Assembly: GCA_002505405.1 (NCBI GenBank)
Contig: DAVD01000012.1
Span: 39,809-103,808, forward strand
Reading direction: 5' to 3'
Origin: Candidatus Poseidonia alphae
Lineage (GTDB): Archaea > Thermoplasmatota > Poseidoniia > Poseidoniales > Poseidoniaceae
Length of the DNA: 64,000 bases
The position numbers and the translations under genes were made by a program. The notes beneath the pieces are model-generated. The model was not told where the DNA came from. It saw nothing but the letters and a program-made list of their open reading frames with translations, and ran no database searches. Below, piece after piece: positions 49,598 through 60,400 of the stretch; the first letter of the stretch is position 1; every line of letters starts with the position of its first letter.

Positions 49598-50788
49598 TCA
49601 AACGCTGGAATCGCTGACGGCTACTTCCGATAAAGAAGGCCTCATAACGGTGATTTTAACGCTCAAAACCCAATCGTTCCCCGGGTCGGGGTCTGGCTCT
49701 CCAAATATTGAATCGGGGTCGGATTGTTGAGCAACAACCGACCAAATCCATTCGCCTTGGCCGGTTCGGTTTCCTCGGTCACCCAACAAGAAATTCAACA
49801 ACTCTTCCTCTGAATCCGATACGAACAAACCTTCTTCACCTGGTGAATTCATTTCATCAAGCGACATTTCAGCCGTTGCGGGTTCATTGGTGGTGTAATT
49901 TCCGGCTTGGGTTTGAGCAGTTTTTCTATAATTATCATCAACGATATGGAGGACCAGTGAGAAGTTATCGTGTGGAGGTGCAATGTCTCGATCGAGTTCC
50001 AACAAAGCGTCAAAGGCGATGATGCGCCCGTTTTCGCCTGGTGTCAGATTCCCTTCCCATGTCTGACCCTGTTCAAGATACTCGTCCCAGGAAATGTCAA
50101 TGGTTTCAGTGACCCAGACAACGTTGAACGTACGTGTTGTGATGTTCAATTCAAACGATTCTATCGCAAATGCTCCATCGCTGTCATCGATTCGAAGAAT
50201 GCCATGAATCATGCCTGAAGTTGTTGTATCAAAGAGAACTTCGGGCGTTAAAGCGTCCAAATCATTGAGTGGGTCTCCGTCTCCATTGGTATCGACCTTG
50301 ATGTCAAAGTCCCAAGAGAAGGCCATTTGCCCGCCTTCCGGGTCGTAAGATTCCGAGGCATCGAACAGGGCTGAATCTCCAGCGCGAACCGATGTGGGCA
50401 TGCTGATGTTGATGACCGGCGCTCCGTTAACCAAAACAGTCGCAACGGCATCGTCGGTTCCGCCTTGGTCGTTGGTAACGGTCAAACGAACGATGTATTG
50501 CCCGTGATTTGGGAACGCATGAGAGGTGAAACCCACTACGGTTTCGGCGGTTGAGCCGTCACCAAAGTCCCAACTGTAGCCGGTGATGATTCCCTCAACA
50601 GCGGAGGAGTCTCGAGCGTCCAAGGTTACCATTTCGCCTTCTTGAATGAGGGTTGGGTAGGCTTCCAATGTGGCCCGAGGAGAAACCGTTGTGTCCAAGG
50701 CTTGCAAGCAACCGGACAGCAATGAAATGAGAACAAAGCCAACGGCAAAGGCGGTTGACACCTTTGTTCGCTTTAGGGAATGCTTCAT
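49598..50788 (-). CDS. Lipoprotein with PKD domains
   Basis: Lipobox LLSGC after MKHSLKRTKVSTAFAVGFVLI. PKD motifs YSWDFGDGS and FSWDFD. Confidence 0.55.
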   Translation of the reverse strand: MKHSLKRTKVSTAFAVGFVLISLLSGCLQALDTTVSPRATLEAYPTLIQEGEMVTLDARDSSAVEGIITGYSWDFGDGSTAETVVGFTSHAFPNHGQYIVRLTVTNDQGGTDDAVATVLVNGAPVINISMPTSVRAGDSALFDASESYDPEGGQMAFSWDFDIKVDTNGDGDPLNDLDALTPEVLFDTTTSGMIHGILRIDDSDGAFAIESFELNITTRTFNVVWVTETIDISWDEYLEQGQTWEGNLTPGENGRIIAFDALLELDRDIAPPHDNFSLVLHIVDDNYRKTAQTQAGNYTTNEPATAEMSLDEMNSPGEEGLFVSDSEEELLNFLLGDRGNRTGQGEWIWSVVAQQSDPDSIFGEPDPDPGNDWVLSVKITVMRPSLSEVAVSDSSV

Positions 50789-50834
50789 GTTAGAAACGAC
50801 CGGCCCATCCTTTCTAACTGTTCGGTTGAAGTGA

Positions 50835-51224
50835 TTAAACAGAAGCCCTGTTTTCATGCCCGTCGAAGACGACGGTTTCGGATATATCCCCTTCGACCAT
50901 TGCATCTTCATAGGGGTCTTCAACCTCTGACACATCATGGATTTCAACCTCATCTTGATGGGTAAATGACGGTGATGTACCTTCACTGAGCAAGTCTTCA
51001 ATTTGAGCCTGACTGGCATCATAAGGCGCTGGAACGCTGTTCGCTAAGGGCTCCAAGACCGGGTCGTCTTCTTCGAACAGGGCGAGGGCTTCCGTTGCGC
51101 GTTTTTCCTGAGTGTGATGGAAGGTGGTCATGTCCTCCTCCAATACCGCAGGCTCTACAACAGGCGTATTACCTACAGAATCGGTTCTTCCTATGACTTG
51201 ATTCAACCAACTTCGAAGCCCCAT
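50835..51224 (-). CDS. Small acidic hypothetical protein
   Basis: 129-aa ORF, highly acidic. Confidence 0.3.
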   Translation of the reverse strand: MGLRSWLNQVIGRTDSVGNTPVVEPAVLEEDMTTFHHTQEKRATEALALFEEDDPVLEPLANSVPAPYDASQAQIEDLLSEGTSPSFTHQDEVEIHDVSEVEDPYEDAMVEGDISETVVFDGHENRASV

Positions 51225-51290
51225 ATTCCGCCCAAGGGCTCATCGGGTTTGAGAGTGATGTTCAAAGAGGAGCAGTTGCGGTGAAATGTC

Positions 51291-52106
51291 ATGGGGCAAG
51301 ACCTTTTCCAAGGCGAAAAAGTTCTGGCCTTTGACCTTGAGACCACCGGGGTATCAACACAAGAGGACAAGATTGTCCAACTCGCTTTGATCGGCAGTGC
51401 TATCGATGGAACAGCGGTCAACTTCGAACGCTTGGTCAACCCAAAACGCTCCATACCCTATGATGCAAGTCGAATCCACGGGATTTACGACAGAGATGTT
51501 CGCAGCTTACAAGGGTTTGAAGCCGTGGCTGACGAGGTCGCTGAATTGATTGAAGGCGCTGTTTTAGTAGGCCACAATGTCAGAAAATTTGATTTCGCCA
51601 TGCTAGAAAAGGAATTTCTCCGGCTCGGTAGACTTTGTCCGCAACCTAAGGCGATTATGGATACGCTTGAACTGGTCCGGAGACTCAAGATTCCAAGACC
51701 TCACAATCTTGGCTCACTTTGCAGCCGGCACGGAATTCGTCTGGAAGCCGCACATACTGCCGCTGCAGATGCTGCTGCAACGCTGTTGCTGTTTTGGCGA
51801 CTCTCCGTTGAACATTCTCCAGCGTTCCGAAGGTCAATCCCCGAACTTGAACGATGGATTGTTCACGGCGAAGGAAACACGGACGCTTCGGAACTTGGCA
51901 GAGGTTTGAACGACTTGGAACCGGTGGATTCCTTAGGAAAAGTTCGTCGCGATGGTGCCCATTACGTTGTCTCTTTTGGCCGTCACAGAGGAAAACATCT
52001 TTCTGAAATTCAAGCAATAGACCCCGGTTATGTCGGGTGGTTGCTTTCCCCTAATGGAATCGAATGCGAAGATACGCGGCAATTGTTGCGCGAACATCTA
52101 CGCTGA
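51291..52106 (+). CDS. DnaQ-like DEDDh 3'-5' exonuclease with about 90-aa C-terminal extension
   Basis: Exo I FDLETTG, Exo II VGHNVRKFD, Exo III HTAAADAAAT. Confidence 0.7.
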   Translation: MGQDLFQGEKVLAFDLETTGVSTQEDKIVQLALIGSAIDGTAVNFERLVNPKRSIPYDASRIHGIYDRDVRSLQGFEAVADEVAELIEGAVLVGHNVRKFDFAMLEKEFLRLGRLCPQPKAIMDTLELVRRLKIPRPHNLGSLCSRHGIRLEAAHTAAADAAATLLLFWRLSVEHSPAFRRSIPELERWIVHGEGNTDASELGRGLNDLEPVDSLGKVRRDGAHYVVSFGRHRGKHLSEIQAIDPGYVGWLLSPNGIECEDTRQLLREHLR

Positions 52107-53282
52107 GAGGGGCTCGTACGGTTCGCCGTCCGGCAAAGGATTCCACGGAAGAACATCACACCACGGACCAACTCGCCAGGAACGTCGAGCCGTCATGATC
52201 GACCCGAGAAACAGCGGCCCTTGGTAGCCTTGAGTTCGCAATTCTTCGAGAGCATCTTTTCCACGACCGTCGAATTTTGCTGAAACTCGGTTGCCTGTTG
52301 GGATTGCTCGTCCGGTCTCATCCAATGGTTCGCAAAGTTCCACAACGCCGACACCGCTGACGTCGTCGTATTGATGCAAAAGGACGACGGCATCGCTGAA
52401 ATCATCTTTGTGAAGGGTGCCGGACTCTTTGCGCCAAGTCCACCAGTGCGGGCACCACGCCTTCCAATCGCAGAACCCTCCACAACTGTCCGGTCCAGGG
52501 GTTGGCTCCATGGGAATGGGGGTGGCTTGCGTTGCCTCCCAAGCAGCGTATGCGTCTTCGAGGACGCTTGGCCCTAGAGCAGCCCACTTGCTTGCTGTTT
52601 TGGTGTACCATCCTTCAGTACGAACCGGTGGCGCGCTTGGATTGTTAGCGAGAAGAATGTCCCGATACATTCGGAGTTGGCGATTTACTTCGGTCTTCAG
52701 TTCCTTTGTTGGTGCGTTGCCAGTTTTTAGGTCTGCAACCAGCCAGCCTTTCATCGTGCCATCCTCGGCCATATCTGCGAACAATAAATCCAAGCGGCCC
52801 ATTAGACGGCCGTCACTGGTTTTGAGTTCGCCCTCTACGGCGATGGTGAGTTGTTGCAATCGCTTCCAAAGGGCAACGGTGATGTCTTCATGGGGCAGTT
52901 CACGCGCCCCTAAGTGGTCAAGCAAGAGAATAACGCCCCCTCGTTGTTGTTTGAGCGCTTCCTTCCATTTGTCTTCTTTCCAATTGGGGCGTCTGGGCGT
53001 AGCCATGAACACTGCCTTTTCCTCTTCCCAACGTATCTTGAGAACACGCTCTGCCTCACGGGGCAACCATCCTGCTTCCTTATCCCCGCGTCCTGAAAGG
53101 TCCAAGTTGAGCAAATCTTCAATCGAAGCGTGGACTGCGGTTCCAAGCGAGGCCGCCATTCCCGCCTTCCGTGGGAGGCGTTGTCGGCTGAGCCAATACA
53201 TCCTCGGACAAGTCTCGTAGCGATTCCATGCGGAAGGCGAAAGGCTGTGTGGACGTGGCGAAGGAGTTTCGTCAGCGCTCAT
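52098..53282 (-). CDS. Cas4-like/RecB-family PD-(D/E)xK nuclease with Fe–S Cys motif and C-terminal extension (standalone, no cas neighbours)
   Basis: N-terminal SAWNRYETCPRMYWL. Motif II GRLDLLF, motif III WLVADLKTG, QLRMY, then CGGFCDWKAWC. Confidence 0.65.
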   Translation of the reverse strand: MSADETPSPRPHSLSPSAWNRYETCPRMYWLSRQRLPRKAGMAASLGTAVHASIEDLLNLDLSGRGDKEAGWLPREAERVLKIRWEEEKAVFMATPRRPNWKEDKWKEALKQQRGGVILLLDHLGARELPHEDITVALWKRLQQLTIAVEGELKTSDGRLMGRLDLLFADMAEDGTMKGWLVADLKTGNAPTKELKTEVNRQLRMYRDILLANNPSAPPVRTEGWYTKTASKWAALGPSVLEDAYAAWEATQATPIPMEPTPGPDSCGGFCDWKAWCPHWWTWRKESGTLHKDDFSDAVVLLHQYDDVSGVGVVELCEPLDETGRAIPTGNRVSAKFDGRGKDALEELRTQGYQGPLFLGSIMTARRSWRVGPWCDVLPWNPLPDGEPYEPLSA

Positions 53283-53337
53283 GGCTGTTGGTGAACCTTG
53301 TCAATGATGAAGCCTTTGATGTCATGGAGCCAAAGCG

Positions 53338-54171
53338 TTGAAGGCGCACGGTCCGTTAGGGGAACTCATGGATGGCCCAAGTCTTCGAATCAATACCATT
53401 ATTGAACAAGAGAATACCATGGTTATTGCTTGCTTCCCAAGTGTTGGAATGGTTTCCAGTATTGTAGCTCACTACCTCATCGACCATTTGGAATTGGAGT
53501 TCGTCGGCGGTCTCGTCGATGACCGCCTACCTACCCTTTCTTTGATTCAAGAAGGTGTTCCCTTGCCCCCAATCCGGGCCTATGCTGGGAAGCCTCAGTG
53601 CAGCATTGATGGCTGTGACCAGGTGATTCTGCTCATGAGTGAAATGGTTGTTCCCGAACCTCTCGTTCACAAGATCGTATGGGCTTTGTTTGAGTGGTCC
53701 AAGGAGCACAAAGTATTGGCTGGTATCGTTATTGATGCATTCGCTAAGGCGGGCATGAAGAGCAATATGGACGGTGTTGAGCCCGTTGTCGAATACGAAG
53801 ACACAGACGGTATCGATGTTGTCGGGATCGGATGCAACGAGACCGTTCGAGATATGCTCAAAGAAATGAATATCCCTCTGCTCCAACAAGGAGTCATCCG
53901 TGGAATGAATGCTGGCATCCTAAGCGAAGCAACCCGCAGGGGCCTGGGCACCATGTCCATCATGGTCGAAGCTGACCCTCGTTGGCCCGACGCTCGTGCT
54001 GCAGCAGTACTCATTGAGAAACTGAATACGCTTCTCCCAAGCATTGACCTTCCAAACCAGCCACTGATCGAAGAAGCTGAGAAACTTGAAGCACAACTCA
54101 AAGCACTCATGGACAGTGCTGGAAAAAGCGAAGACAGTTCTCCCAGTACCAACGCTATGCTTTACGGTTGA
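53338..54171 (+). CDS. PAC2-family (proteasome assembly chaperone-like) protein, second paralog
   Basis: VIACFPSVGMVSSIVAHYLIDHL matches the PAC2-type N-terminus. Similar to 39530–40309. Confidence 0.5.
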   Translation: MKAHGPLGELMDGPSLRINTIIEQENTMVIACFPSVGMVSSIVAHYLIDHLELEFVGGLVDDRLPTLSLIQEGVPLPPIRAYAGKPQCSIDGCDQVILLMSEMVVPEPLVHKIVWALFEWSKEHKVLAGIVIDAFAKAGMKSNMDGVEPVVEYEDTDGIDVVGIGCNETVRDMLKEMNIPLLQQGVIRGMNAGILSEATRRGLGTMSIMVEADPRWPDARAAAVLIEKLNTLLPSIDLPNQPLIEEAEKLEAQLKALMDSAGKSEDSSPSTNAMLYG

Positions 54172-54176
54172 ATTCA

Positions 54177-56414
<2,238 letters not shown>

Positions 56415-56885
56415 TCAATCAAACTTCAAAGCAACAAATTCGCTGTTCTCCAACGGGCAACGCGTCATGATGGCTTCGGTGAGCAAACGAAGGTGAAGTT
56501 CGGCCACGACATGGACCGTTGCTTCGAACATATGGCCTGCATGAGGCGTGAGATTATCGTCTGAAAAGGTAGCATGCAAGTGGGTGAACGCGTCGCCATT
56601 CTCACGCCGTGCTAAGTTGCCTTGGAGCGTTACAAGTTCGCTACCGCCCGTGATGGTTCGTCGATGGTAATGATGGTCGTCGTCCATGTAGCCGTAAGTA
56701 CTGTCCCGTGTCCTTCCAATACCACTGGTAATCGCTGCAGCATCAAACCCGATTTCGTCGGCTAGCGTTTGCAGTGAGGCATGAATTTCCTCACCGGGGT
56801 CAAGTCGTAAAAAAACATCATCGCCACTTCGTGTCCATTCCATAACACCGCTAGGCGTCGGCACTCCAAGAGAATAACGCTTCAT
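56415..56885 (-). CDS. PPC/DUF296-domain protein
   Basis: VMEWTRSGDDVFLRLDPGEEIHASL resembles the PPC-domain core. Start at the internal ATG (MKRYSLG). Confidence 0.45.
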   Translation of the reverse strand: MKRYSLGVPTPSGVMEWTRSGDDVFLRLDPGEEIHASLQTLADEIGFDAAAITSGIGRTRDSTYGYMDDDHHYHRRTITGGSELVTLQGNLARRENGDAFTHLHATFSDDNLTPHAGHMFEATVHVVAELHLRLLTEAIMTRCPLENSEFVALKFD

Positions 56886-57451
56886 TCTTCTTGATCGCCA
56901 ACGAAACGCTTCTGAGAACGCGACTGCTCCATGGCCAGAATGTATTCTTTGGCCGTCCCCAACGAAGTAGGATCTCCGCCAAGCGGAAGGGGGCCAAACG
57001 GGCCCCATCCATTTCGCAGGAGCATGATTCTGCGTTTTGGTTGACGCTTAGCAAGTCTGAGTCGCTCCCAAGCATAGCTTTGGCCGTCCGCAAAAAGATG
57101 GGTTGAGGTGATCGCGTATCGTTTAGGAACGGTCAGAGAAATGAGATGAAGGCAAAGAAGCACATCCCATACAATCGCGTAGATGACCGGAGTGTTGCTC
57201 GCCTCAAGCAAGCCCCACGGCAGAACCATCATCGCTGCCATTGAACCAAGATTCCCCCATTGCCGAATCAATTCATGGCTCCCCTCGCTTTTCCATGCAA
57301 AGCCTCCGTTAGCGAGCATTCCTAATTCCGGAATATCCCTCCGTTGCCGCGTCAACCAAAAGGCATCCCAAGCAAGTATGACTGCAAGAATACCTACCGC
57401 AGCGAACGCCATTTGTTCGGGCGTTGGTAGAAAGGAGGTCAACCGTTCCAC
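56882..57451 (-). CDS. Membrane protein
   Basis: Four to five hydrophobic helices. 4-nt overlap with the downstream ORF. Confidence 0.4.
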   Translation of the reverse strand: MERLTSFLPTPEQMAFAAVGILAVILAWDAFWLTRQRRDIPELGMLANGGFAWKSEGSHELIRQWGNLGSMAAMMVLPWGLLEASNTPVIYAIVWDVLLCLHLISLTVPKRYAITSTHLFADGQSYAWERLRLAKRQPKRRIMLLRNGWGPFGPLPLGGDPTSLGTAKEYILAMEQSRSQKRFVGDQEE

Positions 57452-57454
57452 TCC

Positions 57455-60400
57455 TCAAAGGTGAGTTTCGTCGATGGATGTAAATTCACCCGGGCCACCT
57501 TTCCGGAGTCGAGCGAAGAACATCAATACGGCAATACCAAACAATGTTACAACAAGCATGATGGCATTGATGTTATCGTTGCCTGAATCCGCTTCGACCC
57601 CTTCAAGACTGTCCGGAATACCATCACCATCATCATCCATATCAACGGTCAGCCAAGAGGTCACTCCCTCCGGGCAGTTGAGGTCGTCCGGCTGGGTATC
57701 TCCATCGGTGTCCAAATAAGCACATCCATCCAATGGGAAGGCATCTTTCACGTCGGTAAATCCGTCGTTATCATCATCCAAATCGTAAATATCTGGGCCA
57801 CAGGTTCGCCCAAGTGTTGAGTCGAACCAAGTGTCAGACTGACATGTGCTCAACCAATCGAGGTCGGTATCAAGCAATGTATATTCAATATCAACAGAGG
57901 TTGAGGATGACAACCCATAGGAATCGGTCGCTGTAACTTCAACAACATAGAACCCTGCTGTTAGATCGGTGATGTTGAACACTGGTTCGTTTCCATTCTG
58001 GAGGACAGCGTTGCCTGAAACATCGTAAACTTTCCATGAAATGATGATGCTTTCTACGCCGTCGATGTCGTCTTGAACGTGAACTGCAGCTCGAATAGAA
58101 TCGCCTTCCATCACACGTCCACCAGCCATTGGTTCGGTAAGTTCAGCGGTTGGTGCCTGATTGACAACGAGTGAAATCACAACGTTACGGTCCGCTGTTG
58201 CAAGTGATTCAACAAAGATTGAGGCTGACGGGGACCCTGCGGAGGTGGCGGTAAAGGATGCTGCAGTTGCAGTAGAATCGGATGAATCCGTTATCATTCG
58301 AACGATAATTTCAGCATCTATGGTCGTTCCCATAAGGTGCATCTCTGGTAGAGATGAGTTTGGGAATTGAACGGTGAACTCAGCATTCAGTGGAATTCCA
58401 TTGCGCTGCGCGTCAAGAACAAAGGTACGGTAAGCGTTGAAACTGCCGCCTTCCGAGACTTCAATTCCATTATGACTTCCATCCACTAGGTCAACATGAG
58501 CACCGTAATTCTCAACCAGACCGAGAAGATTCGTATCTTCGAACCGAACATCGTAGCCCTCTGTCGAAAGTGAGGTGCTGGCGGTAATGGAACTGGAACG
58601 AACGACGAGGGGCGTTGCCTGTTCGTCAGCGTCAAGATGCAAACCTAGCCCTACTGCGAATTGCTCAATGGTCACGTTGGTAAGGTACAGAGGATCCAAA
58701 GAACGCCCGTGATGGAAAACTACGGCTGTCCCTGAACCATCGCCTGAAAGGTGAACGTTCGTGATGGTTCCAGCACTTCGGTCAATATCGATTCCTGGTG
58801 CGCCTGTGAGATTGATGTCTTGGAGGTTGAGTGCTTTGTTTTCTGAGCCAATGATTCCTCCAAGTCCTCCTGTCACTCCGTTGACGTCAGAAAGGGCAAA
58901 GGTTCCATCGATTGAACTGAGAGAAATGAGGGACCCTGTTCCGCTGAATGCATGTGCATGGACTCCGTCAACCTGACCTGTAACTCCGGTCAAGTCCAAA
59001 CCTTGTTCAATTCCACCGCCCAGCGTTATCTTTGATACGGAGAGGGAGGTTTGACGCGCCCACAACCCAGGTCCACCGCAATCGGAAAGCGTCACGTTGG
59101 ACATCGAGAAGATACCGGTTGATTGGAACACCCTGAGGCAGCCGTTTCCTGCGTCTTGAAGGTGGGAGTCTCTCAATTGGACCTCGGCATTGCTACCTGT
59201 TTCAACGGTGATGAGGCTCTCCGATGCGGAGCGGGCGAAGAACACGCCGTTAGCACTGAAAGAGCCGTCACCGTTGATGCGTACGGCAGGAGCGGCTTCA
59301 ACAACTGTTGCACCCGCAAGGTCAATTGAGGCCCCTGCAGAATCTCCGAGAATGAGGCCACCCCAACGTGCACCTGAACCGGTTGATGCAAGCGTTGCTT
59401 CATCGACATCCATTGTACCGTTCACGGTAATGGTGGCGTCATTGGACACGCGCAGCGATACGCCATCTTGAACGGTCATGGTCGCATCTTTTGATAGGAT
59501 AAGGGATGATGAGAGCGTGTATGGACTCCATTGCTTTTCAAGAATCAACCAATCGTTAACGGTTCCAGACGGTAGAGTTGAGGCCATGAAGGTGTGTTCA
59601 AACGATACGTTCGTATCCCAAGAGATGAAATCGAGAAGACCGTTTGCTGAAATGGTTAACATCACTGTTCCGTACCAGTTTTCACCTGAACTATCAACAA
59701 CAAGCGATGGGTGGGATAGGAAGCCATACCCGTTACTGTTGGTTTGAGTGGTTGCTCCTGCAACAGAAATCAACGCACCTTCAACCGGAGACCCTTTGTC
59801 GAGAACCGTCACGTATGCCTGAGAAAAGGATTCGAATTTTGCATCGTTTAGAACCGACACTTGAGTCGGAATTCGCCCTTCGTTTTGGCGAACCTCGCAA
59901 TAAGGCTGTAGTGCAAGGCTGCCGTCGAAATGAATTCCATTAACCTGTTTTTGAACGGCACAATTCCACGTTACATCGCCGTCAATTGTCAAGAATGACT
60001 CTTCATCAACGACGCTTGATAGCGCTCCAAGGCGTCCTTGAGGAGATACAGAAAGCGAGGGTGCTTCAATTGTACTTGCTTCACCCTCTAACACGCCAGT
60101 GCCGAGAAGAGAAACGGATTCTGAAGCAGGTACGATGAGCACCGTATTCATGAGCGTCAACTGGGCTCCGTCTGAAATCGTAAGACTGCCCGTAAGTTGG
60201 TGGGATGCTCCGTCGGGGCGAGGGCCTAAGATGACCACTTTGCTCGATGGAATGGTCCAATCCCCGGCTGGAATGATTGGAACCTGAACGGACTGACCGA
60301 TGTAGCCGCCCGTAAGAACAACACGAACACCGGCTCCTTGGTACGTAGCATCGATGAGGGAGCCTGAAGATGAAAGAGGGAGCGTCAGTGCGCCGTTTGA

